The notes beneath the pieces are model-generated. The model was given only the letters and a program-made list of their open reading frames with translations. It did not search any database and had not been told where the DNA came from. This document shows, one piece after another, positions 8,403 through 17,826 of a DNA stretch of 64,000 nucleotides (position 1 is the first letter of the stretch; each line of letters starts with the position of its first letter). Made by a program: the position numbers and the translations under genes. This DNA is from Desulfobacterales bacterium (GTDB taxonomy: Bacteria; Desulfobacterota; Desulfobacteria; Desulfobacterales; UBA5852), in contig CAXXVS010000003.1 of assembly GCA_963674755.2 (NCBI GenBank), positions 2,624,001 through 2,688,000 of the forward strand, written 5' to 3'.

Positions 8403-10370
8403 ATGACGAAACTCTCTTCCAAGACGCAGTTCCGGCTGGGCTCCGGACTGATTCTGTTTATGTTTTGTCTGGCGGTGTCGCTGGTGGTCTACCGCGTCGG
8501 CAAGGAGGAGGCCGAGCAGCGCGTCTTCCGGGAAACGGAGATTTACATCGCGGCCGTGGACGCCACGCGCACCTATGTCAAGGATGTCCTGCGACCGCGC
8601 ATGTACGGCCTTATTCCCGAAGACGACTTTGTGGTCGAAGCCATGTCCACTTCTTTCGTGGGGCGTGAAGTGATGCACCGCGTCAACGATCGCTTCCGGA
8701 ATTTCCAGTACAAACGGGCCGCCCTGATTCCCATCAACCCGGAGAGCAAGGCGGACGCCCTGGAAGCGGATTTTATCCAACGCTTCAATGCGGATCCGAA
8801 CCTGCGGGAGTGGTCCGGCTTGATCGAAAAGGACGGGCGCAACTACTATGCCCGTCTGCGGGCCATTTACGCCGAGCGGGAGTGCCTGCGCTGCCATGGC
8901 GATCCGGATGACATTCCCCAGCCCATCGTGGATCTCTACGGGTCCAATCCGGCCCGCCAAGCCTATGATCTCGGGCAGGTGGTGGGGGCGGACATCGTTT
9001 ATATCCCGGTGGACGTGACCTTCGGGCGCATCAAGCGGCTGGCCTGGGTGGCCTTTGTGATCGGGGCCGGCTGCCTGTGCTGCCTGGTGGTGCTGTTTTA
9101 CACGCTTTTCAACCACACGGTGATTTCCGAGCTGAAGGGGCTGCTGGAGACCTTCAAGGGCATTGCCGGGCCGCCCAAGGACCTGGAGCGGCTCAATCCC
9201 CGGCCGCCCGGCCAAACCGACGAATTCGAGCAGCTGAAAACGGCTTTCCAGGAGGCGGCCACCGATTTGAAGACCACCCACGACGAATTGACGGCGTCCG
9301 AGACCAAGTATCGGCAGTTGTTCGAAGCCTCGCGGGATCCGATCCTTATCTGCGATGACGCCGGCGGCATCCGGGACATCAATGCCGCCGGTCTGCAGTT
9401 GTTGGGGTTTGAGGATCGCTACACGGCCCGCCGCACCGGCCGGGTGGCGGACCTGTGCCAGGACCCTTCGGCGGCCTGGCGTTTGCTGGCAGAAGTGGAG
9501 CGGGCGGGCTTCATCAAGGAATACGAAGCCGCTCTCGTGACCGCCCGGGGAGGAACGATCGATGCGTTGCTGACCGTCAACCGGACGACGGCTGCGGATG
9601 AATCCCCCCGGTACGAGGTCTATATCCGCGATATCACCCTGCGCAAGCGTATGGAAAAGCAGATGGCCCGGACGGAAAAAATGGCCTCGATCGGACAACT
9701 GGCCGCCGGGGTGGCCCATGAAATCAATAATCCCCTGAGCGTCATCAGTTGCTATGCCAACCTGATCGATAAAAGCGGCGAGGCCTCGGACGCTGTTCAC
9801 GCGGACCTGGAAAAGATCAAGAAACATACCCTGAGCTGCAAGCGGATCGTCGATTCGTTGCTCAATTTCGCCCGGGTCTCGGAAACCCGCCGCCGCATGG
9901 CGGACGTGAGGTCCGCGCTGGAGTCCGTATTGACGATTCTCGAACAGCAGATGGGCAAGCGACAGGTCGGGATCAGCCGGACCTATGCGGACGAATTGCC
10001 CGTGGTGTCCATCGACGAGGACAAGATGGCGCAGGTCTACATGAACATTCTGCTCAATGCCGTCCAGGCCATCGACGGGGAAGGGGCGGTTGCGATTGCC
10101 ACCGCCTATGATCGGGCCTCCGACATGGTTCGCATTACCATCACGGATACGGGCGCCGGCATCGATACGGCTCATCTCGATAAAATTTTTGACCCCTTCT
10201 TTACCACCAAGAAGGACCAGGAAGGCACGGGGCTCGGGCTTTCGGTCAGCTACGGCATTGTCAAAGAGCACGACGGGGATATCCTGGTGGACAGCCGCCC
10301 GGGCCGGGGCAGTGTTTTCACGATCGTGCTGCCCGCTGTCCATGGGAGTGAATCGGGAGGTGAGGTGTGA
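8403..10370 (+). CDS. Membrane sensor histidine kinase with periplasmic heme-c (DUF3365-like) domain and PAS domain
   Basis: Two TM segments flank a domain containing CLRCH (CxxCH); PAS (KYRQLFEASRDPI); H-box AHEINNPL; HATPase motifs DTGAGI, FFTTK, GTGLGL. Confidence 0.9.
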   Translation: MTKLSSKTQFRLGSGLILFMFCLAVSLVVYRVGKEEAEQRVFRETEIYIAAVDATRTYVKDVLRPRMYGLIPEDDFVVEAMSTSFVGREVMHRVNDRFRNFQYKRAALIPINPESKADALEADFIQRFNADPNLREWSGLIEKDGRNYYARLRAIYAERECLRCHGDPDDIPQPIVDLYGSNPARQAYDLGQVVGADIVYIPVDVTFGRIKRLAWVAFVIGAGCLCCLVVLFYTLFNHTVISELKGLLETFKGIAGPPKDLERLNPRPPGQTDEFEQLKTAFQEAATDLKTTHDELTASETKYRQLFEASRDPILICDDAGGIRDINAAGLQLLGFEDRYTARRTGRVADLCQDPSAAWRLLAEVERAGFIKEYEAALVTARGGTIDALLTVNRTTAADESPRYEVYIRDITLRKRMEKQMARTEKMASIGQLAAGVAHEINNPLSVISCYANLIDKSGEASDAVHADLEKIKKHTLSCKRIVDSLLNFARVSETRRRMADVRSALESVLTILEQQMGKRQVGISRTYADELPVVSIDEDKMAQVYMNILLNAVQAIDGEGAVAIATAYDRASDMVRITITDTGAGIDTAHLDKIFDPFFTTKKDQEGTGLGLSVSYGIVKEHDGDILVDSRPGRGSVFTIVLPAVHGSESGGEV

Positions 10371-11767
10371 GGGACTGCATTCTGGTGGTGGATGACGAAA
10401 AAGATCTCTTGGACGGACTGCGGCGGACCATCGAACTGGAAATGGACTGCCGCGTGCTGGCGGCCGGAAGCGCCCGGGAAGCGCTCGCCATCCTCAAGCG
10501 GGAGCATGTGGATGTGGTCCTGGCGGATATCCGCATGCCGGGCATGGACGGGATGGCCTTGGCGCGTGCGATTCAACAGCAGGATGCCCTGATTACGGTG
10601 ATCCTGATGACGGCCTATGGCACCATCGAGCAGGCCGTAGAGGCGATCAAGGAGGGGGCCTACGACTTTATCCGCAAGCCCTTCGACGAGCAGGATCTGA
10701 TGCGACTGCTGCGCAAAGCCCTGGAGCGCAACCGCCTGTTGCGGGAAAACGTCCGTCTTCAGGAGGCGGTCACTCGCACCGGGCCGCTCCACAAAATGAT
10801 CGGCACGGGCATGAAGATGCAACAGGTTTTTGCCGCCATCCAGATGCTGGCCCGCTCGGACGTGACCGTTCTTCTGCTGGGCGAAAGCGGCACCGGCAAG
10901 GAAATGGCCGCCCGGGCCATTCATGCCTTGAGCCAGCGCAGCGGGCGGGAAATGGTGGTGGTCAACTGTCCGGCGCTGCCGGAATCCATTCTGGAAAGCG
11001 AGCTCTTCGGCTATCGCCAGGGCGCCTTTACGAATGCCGCCCGGGACAAGAAAGGCCTCTTCGAAGAAGCCATCGGGAGCACGATTCTGCTCGATGAAAT
11101 CGGCGATCTGTCCATGGGCCTGCAGACCAAATTGCTGCGGGTGCTGCAGGAGAAAGAGATCAAGCCGCTGGGGTCCACCCGCACGCGCCGGGTGGATGTA
11201 CGCATCATCGCTTCCACCAACCGCGATCTGGCCGCCCGGCTCAGGGAGGGCGCCTTCCGGGAGGATCTTTACTACCGCCTCAATGTGGCCACCCTGACCC
11301 TGCCGCCGCTGCGGGAACGCCGGGAGGATCTGCCCCTGCTGATGGAACATTTCCTGGGAAAAGCCGCCCAGGAACAGGGGGTGCTCCCCAAAGTCCTGTC
11401 CCCCGAAGCCCGCGAAAGCCTGATGCGGCGGCAATGGGCGGGCAATATCCGGGAACTTGAAAACGTCATTCGCGGTATGACCGCCCTGGCGCCCCGATCG
11501 GAAATCGGGCGCGAGCATCTGCCCGAGGAGGCCACCCAACCGGACATCTGCAAAGGGGAAATGGACCTGGCGCGTCCTTACAAGACGCTCAAGGAAGAAG
11601 TGCTGGAACGCTTCACCACCACCTATGTGGTCCAACTGCTCCAGGAAACCCACGGCAATGTCAGCCTGGCCGCCCAGATCAGCGGTATCCAGCGCCAGTC
11701 CCTGCAAAAAATATTCAAGCGCTACAATATCTCCCCGGACAGTTTTCGATCCCGTCCTCAGTGCTGA
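10367..11767 (+). CDS. Sigma54-dependent response regulator (NtrC family)
   Basis: REC domain ([13 protein letters not shown]), [37 protein letters not shown]-terminal Fis-type HTH. Confidence 0.95.
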   Translation: MRDCILVVDDEKDLLDGLRRTIELEMDCRVLAAGSAREALAILKREHVDVVLADIRMPGMDGMALARAIQQQDALITVILMTAYGTIEQAVEAIKEGAYDFIRKPFDEQDLMRLLRKALERNRLLRENVRLQEAVTRTGPLHKMIGTGMKMQQVFAAIQMLARSDVTVLLLGESGTGKEMAARAIHALSQRSGREMVVVNCPALPESILESELFGYRQGAFTNAARDKKGLFEEAIGSTILLDEIGDLSMGLQTKLLRVLQEKEIKPLGSTRTRRVDVRIIASTNRDLAARLREGAFREDLYYRLNVATLTLPPLRERREDLPLLMEHFLGKAAQEQGVLPKVLSPEARESLMRRQWAGNIRELENVIRGMTALAPRSEIGREHLPEEATQPDICKGEMDLARPYKTLKEEVLERFTTTYVVQLLQETHGNVSLAAQISGIQRQSLQKIFKRYNISPDSFRSRPQC

Positions 11768-11781
11768 CAGCATGGTCTATT

Positions 11782-11917
11782 GGCAACGGCGGTTGGCATT
11801 GACACCTCAAGTTGCCACTCCTCTGTCCATCCTCATAAGCTATATTTCTATCCGTAATTTAAAGAAAAAACGATTTTCAGCTGAAATTTTCGTGCGAGAG
11901 CGACACCTTTAGTTGTC
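11782..11917. promoter_or_regulatory. Three candidate enhancer (UAS) palindromes GRCAMC-N4-GTTGNC
   Basis: GGCAAC-GGCG-GTTGGC (11782), GACACC-TCAA-GTTGCC (11801) and GACACC-TTTA-GTTGTC (11902), upstream of a sigma54 promoter. Confidence 0.6.
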
Positions 11918-11990
11918 ACTGGGGCGATCGGCATCGGTGGTGATGTTATAAAAAATGAATCATATCGAATAGTTATATTTATAGAGGGGC

Positions 11991-12006
11991 TGGCACGGTA
12001 TTTGTT
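11991..12006 (+). promoter_or_regulatory. Sigma54 -24/-12 promoter
   Basis: TGGCAC-GGTAT-TTGTT (GT in place of GC at -12), preceded by an AT-rich tract and directly downstream of a bEBP gene. Confidence 0.7.
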
Positions 12007-12103
12007 AGATCGCTCACCGGTTATTCGGTGGCCGGCGCCATCGGTTCGGCCTTTTCGGTATTGTGCCATATTCACCCCCAATGTTCTTTAAGGAGGATTG
12101 CTC

Positions 12104-13732
12104 ATGTCTGAGGCCCGCAGCAATGTCCCGCTCTTTATCATGGGCGGCATCATGATTGTCTATGCCCTGATCGTAAACACGGGCGTATTGCTACCCCTGA
12201 TGAAATCCATCGGGACCCACAAGTCCGTGGACCTGCAGGTGACCATGTGCTTTATCGTCGGGGCCATCGGTCTTCTGGCGGCCATTGTCAATTCCATCCG
12301 CAAGCCCCAGAACACCGTACTGGACCGGTTTTTCCTGCAGCCCATGGCCGGCATCATTCTGCTGCTGGGCCTGGCCATGCTGGTCCGCTGGTACGTGGAA
12401 CCCTGGGTGATCATCGGCAGCAAGAAGCTGGCACCGGTGGTCGGCTTCAAGATTTACAAGGTTCTCAACCTCAACTATGTGGTTCTGGGACTTCTGGTGG
12501 GCGTGGTCATCACCAACACCATCGGGATTCCCCGCTTTGCGGCCTCCGGTGTCAAGACCGCCCGCTTCGTTCTCAAGATGGGGGTCATCCTGCTGGGGGC
12601 CCGCTACAGTTTTGCCGAGCTGGCCAAATTGGGCGTCTACAGCATCTGGCTGGTGGGGGGCTTCGTCATGGGGACGGTTTTTCTGGTGCTGTGGCTGGGG
12701 AATATGTTCAAGCAGCCCAAAACCATGACCGGTGTGCTCTCGGCCGGTATGGGGGTGTGCGGTGTCTCCGCCACGGTGGCCGTGGCTCCGGTGGTGCGGG
12801 CCAAGAGCGAGGAAATGGCCTATACCATCGGTACCATTCTTTCCTTCGGCATCATCTGCATGTTCATCTTCCCCACGGTGGGCAAGCTGGTGGGCATGAA
12901 TCCCACCCAGTTCGGCGCCTGGGCCGGCACCGGCATCCTCAACTCCGCCCAAGTGGCCGCCGCGGCCCTGGCCTTCAACGCCGTGGACATCGCGACCCTG
13001 AAAGTCGCTGAGATTTTCAACATCACCCGGGTGCTCTTTCTGCCCATTATCGTGCTCGTACTGGCCACCTGGTTCGGCAAGGAAAGCGGCCAGAAGCTCA
13101 ATTTCAAGTCGGTCGTCATCGACAAGTTCCCCATTTTCATCCTGGGTTTCCTGCTGCTCTTCCTCATGTCTTCGTTGGGCCTTTTTTCCCCGCCCGATCA
13201 TTATAAGGGCAAATATGTCGACTTCTCATACAACGATCGTACCCGCATTACCGATAAGGAGTGGGCGGTTCTCAACGGCGCCCTCGATTCCGGTGCCATC
13301 ACAGGGGCAAATGCCACCGAGATGGCCGCCCTGGAAGATCTCCGCAAGCAACATCAGATTGCCGGCAACTTCGATGACCGCAACAACACGGCCGTTTTCA
13401 ACAAGGCCGGCCGCGACCGCATGACGGCCCTGGAATCCATCCTGGCCCAGCACAAGGCCAAAGAGGTCGAGATGAGCAAGGATGTTACCAGCGTCATCAA
13501 GCATGCCATCCATCAGGTTCACAAGAAATCCAAGACCATCGTGACCTTGACGGACTGCATGATCTGGTTCTTCGCCTTCGGTCTGATCGGGCTGGGCATG
13601 CAGATCACCAAAAAAGCCATGGCCCAGGCCGGCGGCTGGCCCCTGGTGATCGGGATCATCTCCGGCGTGACCAAGGCGGCCCTGTCCTTCTTCGTGGTAT
13701 TGTGGTTTGTCAAGGAAGTTACCCTGAAATAG
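12104..13732 (+). CDS. YeiH/UPF0324 putative sulfate exporter (PSE) family membrane protein with a soluble insertion
   Basis: RBS AAGGAGG; LKMGVILLG, GMGVCGVSATVA, QFGAWAGTGI and AFGLIGLG are family-type motifs; many TM helices; ~110-aa hydrophilic insert near the C-terminus. Confidence 0.85.
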   Translation: MSEARSNVPLFIMGGIMIVYALIVNTGVLLPLMKSIGTHKSVDLQVTMCFIVGAIGLLAAIVNSIRKPQNTVLDRFFLQPMAGIILLLGLAMLVRWYVEPWVIIGSKKLAPVVGFKIYKVLNLNYVVLGLLVGVVITNTIGIPRFAASGVKTARFVLKMGVILLGARYSFAELAKLGVYSIWLVGGFVMGTVFLVLWLGNMFKQPKTMTGVLSAGMGVCGVSATVAVAPVVRAKSEEMAYTIGTILSFGIICMFIFPTVGKLVGMNPTQFGAWAGTGILNSAQVAAAALAFNAVDIATLKVAEIFNITRVLFLPIIVLVLATWFGKESGQKLNFKSVVIDKFPIFILGFLLLFLMSSLGLFSPPDHYKGKYVDFSYNDRTRITDKEWAVLNGALDSGAITGANATEMAALEDLRKQHQIAGNFDDRNNTAVFNKAGRDRMTALESILAQHKAKEVEMSKDVTSVIKHAIHQVHKKSKTIVTLTDCMIWFFAFGLIGLGMQITKKAMAQAGGWPLVIGIISGVTKAALSFFVVLWFVKEVTLK

Positions 13733-13774
13733 ACGACCGGGCCTGCACGTGCCCGAAATGGAGGTATATCTGTC

Positions 13775-13933
13775 ATGAGTAAAAAACCCGAATCCGCTCC
13801 GGCGGATAGCCAGGAAATGGAAGAACGGGCCCTGTCGGTCTTCGCCAGCGAACGCAACGAAGACATTACGGCCCTGATCTTGACCCTGATCACCACCTTT
13901 GTGGTGCTGCTGTTCACCAAGTGGATGGTCTGA
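13775..13933 (+). CDS. 52-aa single-TM small protein (not in ORF track)
   Basis: RBS GGAGG at 13760; MSKKPESAPADSQEMEERALSVFASERNEDITALILTLITTFVVLLFTKWMV*; host-like codon usage. Confidence 0.75.
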   Translation: MSKKPESAPADSQEMEERALSVFASERNEDITALILTLITTFVVLLFTKWMV

Positions 13934-14054
13934 CAAACAATAGCTGCGCCGCGGGTTATGGCTCCCCGCCACCGGAGCGGACAACTTTCCCTCCGCTGGA
14001 GCGCCCGCGGCAGCGACGCTGCTAAGCATCTTGTCATACCCATTGGAAATGGAT

Positions 14055-14098
14055 ATCCTGCCGGGGTGCGCGACGGGCACCCGGCAGGATTTTCATTT
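14055..14098 (+). terminator. Intrinsic terminator-like hairpin
   Basis: ATCCTGCCGGGGTGC-loop-GCACCCGGCAGGAT followed by TTTCATTT. Confidence 0.55.
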
Positions 14099-14156
14099 GC
14101 CGCGTCCGCGGTTGCCCATTTCCACACCCGATGCCCAAAAAAGCGAGCGATCCGCC

Positions 14157-14612
14157 ATGTTCCGACATATTCTGCTCTGTACCCACGGTACGCCCGGCGC
14201 CCGTCAAGCCGAAGCACTCGTCTTCGCAAAGCTCCTGCCGGCCTTTCCCGAGGCCCGCGTGACGGTGCTGACCGTTTTTAACCAAGACTGGGCCCTGATG
14301 ACAGGGGATGACTGGTTGAATACGTCGGCCACCCGCAATACGTTCCGATCCCACGTGGAAAACCAGCTCTCCCAGGAAACGGCGGCCCACTGGGATACCA
14401 TCCGGAAACGCTACCCCGCGGCGTCCCGGCATCATTTCATGCACATCTTCGGTCCGGTGGAAGCCACCATTGCCGAGGTGGCGCGCGATCAGGACTGCGA
14501 TTTGGTGGTCATGGGCGCCTGGCAGAAGAAAAGGGCGCCGGGGTTCAAACACCGGATCACCCCTGAAGGCCTCCATCCCCTTCTATCCGTGCCGCTGATG
14601 ATCGCGCCGTGA
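14157..14612 (+). CDS. Universal stress protein (UspA family)
   Basis: MFRHILLCTHGT N-terminus, GPVEATIAEVA...CDLVVMG, ends VPLMIAP. Confidence 0.85.
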   Translation: MFRHILLCTHGTPGARQAEALVFAKLLPAFPEARVTVLTVFNQDWALMTGDDWLNTSATRNTFRSHVENQLSQETAAHWDTIRKRYPAASRHHFMHIFGPVEATIAEVARDQDCDLVVMGAWQKKRAPGFKHRITPEGLHPLLSVPLMIAP

Positions 14613-14618
14613 GGAGCC

Positions 14619-15173
14619 ATGGAGAAAGATTACAGTCTTGAACTATCCTTAGAGGCGTTCCCGCAGGACCTGCGCGTGGCGCATCTGTTGGCCGGAGAGA
14701 CCCTGCTGCGCCTCCACCCCCATTGGTTCGTCGAGACGTTCACCCAGGAAGCAGAGACGGTCACCGCCGACCTGCGGGATTACGCCAGTGACGAACGCTT
14801 TCGCCTGCGGTATCGTTGCGGGCCGGGCGCCGGCGATCTGCCGCAGCTGATTTTCGAGGAGGGCCCCCTGCGGGAAATCCGGTTTTTTCTCCAGGGGACC
14901 GAACTGCACGCCCGGGTGTGCAGCGATCACCCCCTGGCCGTGCTCGAAGAACGATTCGGCCTGCTGCTGTGGCTGCGCGGCATCCGGGAATACCTGCGCC
15001 TTTATGTCCGCCGCAGTCCCAATACCCTTTTGTTCCGGTTCCTGATGAACCGCGTCATGCTCAGGATGAATCCCTCCCAACGCAAGATCAGCATCATGAT
15101 CACCAAAATTACCGTCGTGGAAATGCTGTTGATTCTGGCCTTGGTGATCGGATTTGTCTATTTCAACCGCTGA
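14619..15173 (+). CDS. Hypothetical protein with C-terminal TM anchor
   Basis: RBS GAGGAG, 6 nt after the usp stop; 184 aa with a hydrophobic C-terminus. Confidence 0.75.
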   Translation: MEKDYSLELSLEAFPQDLRVAHLLAGETLLRLHPHWFVETFTQEAETVTADLRDYASDERFRLRYRCGPGAGDLPQLIFEEGPLREIRFFLQGTELHARVCSDHPLAVLEERFGLLLWLRGIREYLRLYVRRSPNTLLFRFLMNRVMLRMNPSQRKISIMITKITVVEMLLILALVIGFVYFNR

Positions 15174-15182
15174 GGCCATCGC

Positions 15183-15712
15183 CGGTGGACGGGTGCCGAC
15201 GTCGAGTGCCGCCTGGCACGCCAATATAGGCTGCCCCTTGACAGGGTGGTTCTCTTCCGCGGGGAATTGATCGATATCACCGCCTACCGGCATGCACCAC
15301 CAGGGCATGGTTCACCACGCTTTGCGGCCCGCCAATGCCAACGTGCGCCCGGAGGGCGGTCTTGGCCGGCTCGATTTCGGTATCGCCGCCCGGCGAAACC
15401 AGCCCGATCCCGTCACCGCCCGCGGTATGGGCTTCCCGGGTGATGTATGCTATCGGGCCCCGGGACCATGGGCTGGCCAGCGGAGGGATGCCAGGGCCGA
15501 CATCGACACCCTGGGCCTTGTATCGCATGCTGACGGGGTACTTGCCTTATCCGGACAGCAGCCCGCCTGCACCCTCAAGCTTCGCAGCGGCGGCCACATG
15601 CCGCCCCCCTTCCCTCAAAGTCCTGGACTATCCAAGACCCTCGAAAAAGTGATCTTAAACCCCACGGCCGCCGATAGGCAGGCGTACAAGACCTGGGTGC
15701 AAGACCTGGGTG
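15183..15712 (+). pseudogene. Decayed Hanks-type Ser/Thr protein kinase fragment
   Basis: Across three frames it reads LPLDRVVLFRGELIDITAY / MHHQGMVHHALRPAN..LGRLDFGIA..YRAPG..DARADIDTLG / LYRMLTGYLPYP / LSKTLEKVIL, matching kinase subdomains VIa-XI in order. Confidence 0.75.
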
Positions 15713-15725
15713 GAAGACCAGGGAG
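15687..15725 (+). repeat. 13-bp tandem repeat x3
   Basis: CAAGACCTGGGTG CAAGACCTGGGTG GAAGACCAGGGAG. Confidence 0.85.
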
Positions 15726-15896
15726 AGGATTTGGTCGAGGCCGTCCGGAAGTCCGGAGAGCGATCTTGACAAACTGCTATGGATGTGGAATTTTTACAAA
15801 TTACGCGTATTTACTTTGTCGTGAAACGCCCACCGGAATCGATGCCGCCAAGGAACCGATTACGGCCATGCCCACCACGCGGGGTACGACCATACC

Positions 15897-17420
15897 ATGG
15901 ACGATGGACGCCAGAAAGAAACACTGCTCTTTGTCGATGACGAAGAAAATATCCTCGATATCGCCAGCGAATATTTTCAGTTCAAAGGCTTCGAACTCCT
16001 GACCGCCCGCAATGGTCGGGAGGCGGTACGGGTACTGGAAAGCGAGCACGTGGACTGTTGTTTCACCGACATCAATATGCCGGAGATGGACGGCTTGGCC
16101 CTGGCCGAGCATATCCATTACACGGACAACACCATTCCGGTGATTGTCATGACCGGCTATCCCTCCCTCGACAATACGATTGCCACCCTCAAAAACGGGG
16201 TGGTGGACTTTCTCATCAAGCCGGTCAACCTGGAACAGATGGAACTGGCCGTACGCCGGGTCCTGCGCCAGCGGCGGTTGTTCGTGGAGAACATCCTGCT
16301 GCAAAAGGAAGTCGAACAGAAGGAGCGGCTGGAGAAGCTCAATCACGAACTCGTCACCAAGATCGAAGAGCTCAACCTGATCAACCGCATCATGAGCGAT
16401 TTTGCGGCCATCGGTTCGACCACCGATGTCTTCGCGCGGGTGGTGGACCTGGCCCTGGAAATCGCCCACGCGGATTTGGCCCAGTTCCTCGTGATGAACG
16501 AACATGTCGAGCGGCCCTTTGAAGTCGTTTCGGCGGCCAACCCCAAGTACCCCGGGCTGGAAGGAGTCTGCCTGTCGGATGCGCTGGTGGCCGGTGTGGT
16601 GGGTGACGAATTGCCCCTGCTGGTGGACGGCCGTCAGGGGCCGGACATACTGCCCTCCACCATTGGAGCGGCCCTTCTGGTGCCCATGACCATTCGCCAG
16701 AAGGTCTTTGGCGTCCTCACGGCGGCAGTTGGCCGGGGGAATGCCTGCTTTTCGGAAAAAGATCTCTACTACCTGTCCTTCATCGCCCGCAATGCGGCCC
16801 ATGCCATCGAGAACCTGGCCCTCTACGAAAATATTTATCAGAATCTGTTCGCGACCCTGTATGCCTTCGTCAATGCCCTGGAGGCCCGCGATCCCTACAC
16901 CCAGCAGCATTCCGAACGCGTGGCCCGGCTGGCGATTCTGCTGGGGCAGGAGATGGGCTGCACCCCCGAAGAATTGGATATTCTGCATTTCTCGGGGCAC
17001 CTGCACGATATCGGTAAAATCGGTATCCGGGATGACATCCTGCTGAAAAGCAGCGGACTGACCTGCGAAGAATATGAAAAGATCAAGGAGCATCCCCAGA
17101 TCGGCGCCAACATCGTCGGGCAGCTGGGGTTATGGGAGCGTGAAAAGGACATCATCCGCTACCACCATGAGCACTTCGACGGCACGGGCTATCCCGAAGG
17201 GCTGCAGGGAGAGGCCATCCCCTTTCTGTCCCGCCTGTTGGCCGTAGCCGACGTGTTCGATGCCATGGCGTCGGGACGCGCCTATCGCAAGAAAATCGAG
17301 GAGTCCGTCGTCTTGAAAACCATATGCGAGCGGGCCGGAGCCCACTTCGATCCCCGGGTCGTGGATGTCTTGCGGCGTCTTTACGCGGAAGGGCGTCTCC
17401 CCGCCACTTCCGACGCCTGA
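15897..17420 (+). CDS. REC-GAF-HD-GYP c-di-GMP phosphodiesterase response regulator
   Basis: VDDE/DINMPEMDG receiver, GAF-like middle region, YTQQHSERVA, LHDIGKIG, HHEHFDGTGYP, VADVFDAM. Confidence 0.93.
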   Translation: MDDGRQKETLLFVDDEENILDIASEYFQFKGFELLTARNGREAVRVLESEHVDCCFTDINMPEMDGLALAEHIHYTDNTIPVIVMTGYPSLDNTIATLKNGVVDFLIKPVNLEQMELAVRRVLRQRRLFVENILLQKEVEQKERLEKLNHELVTKIEELNLINRIMSDFAAIGSTTDVFARVVDLALEIAHADLAQFLVMNEHVERPFEVVSAANPKYPGLEGVCLSDALVAGVVGDELPLLVDGRQGPDILPSTIGAALLVPMTIRQKVFGVLTAAVGRGNACFSEKDLYYLSFIARNAAHAIENLALYENIYQNLFATLYAFVNALEARDPYTQQHSERVARLAILLGQEMGCTPEELDILHFSGHLHDIGKIGIRDDILLKSSGLTCEEYEKIKEHPQIGANIVGQLGLWEREKDIIRYHHEHFDGTGYPEGLQGEAIPFLSRLLAVADVFDAMASGRAYRKKIEESVVLKTICERAGAHFDPRVVDVLRRLYAEGRLPATSDA

Positions 17421-17541
17421 GCCGAGCCGGCCCGCGACGCGCCCCTTCGCAACCCCCCCTTCGGCACTCCACCACCGATTCAGCGCTACCTGGCCATCTT
17501 CCCGGAAATCCATTCCGGACGACAGCTCCCTGATGTTGGCC

Positions 17542-17826
17542 CTAGAGGCGTTTCAGAATCTGGCTGCGTTCCCCGCGATCGAGGTCGTCCAGGGCAAACG
17601 CCAATGCGGCCTCCAGCAGGTTGGATTTGTTGTCGATGGCGGCGCCGGCCAGTTTCAGTTCGTGGAACTTGCGGTCGAAACGTTCGATCAGCTGCACAGA
17701 GAGATAAAAACCGGCCTTTTTCTTGGGTTTGGGGGGTGCGGCCGGGGACGTGCCCGTGGCCGAGCGCATCGGATCGACCGGCGAGTTTTCGAAAAAATCC
17801 GGCAGGTCTTTGGCATCAGGCATCAT
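17542..17826 (-). CDS. Small ParA partner, possible ribbon-helix-helix protein
   Basis: Overlaps the parA stop; disordered Pro/Lys-rich N-terminus, then KKAGFYLS strand and two helices (NKSNLLEAAL). Confidence 0.7.
   Translation of the reverse strand: MMPDAKDLPDFFENSPVDPMRSATGTSPAAPPKPKKKAGFYLSVQLIERFDRKFHELKLAGAAIDNKSNLLEAALAFALDDLDRGERSQILKRL

Noticed and set aside
11020..11040. GAFTNA instead of GAFTGA as a sign of a sigma54-independent regulator
   Set aside because: The critical F and T are retained, and a plausible -24/-12 promoter lies directly downstream.
15687..15725. Tandem repeat as a CRISPR array
   Set aside because: The 13-bp units are adjacent with no spacers, and no cas genes are present.
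15292..16002. 236-aa ORF as a functional gene
   Set aside because: Only part resembles a kinase, catalytic residues are lost, and the rest runs out of frame into the HD-GYP gene; treated as a pseudogene.
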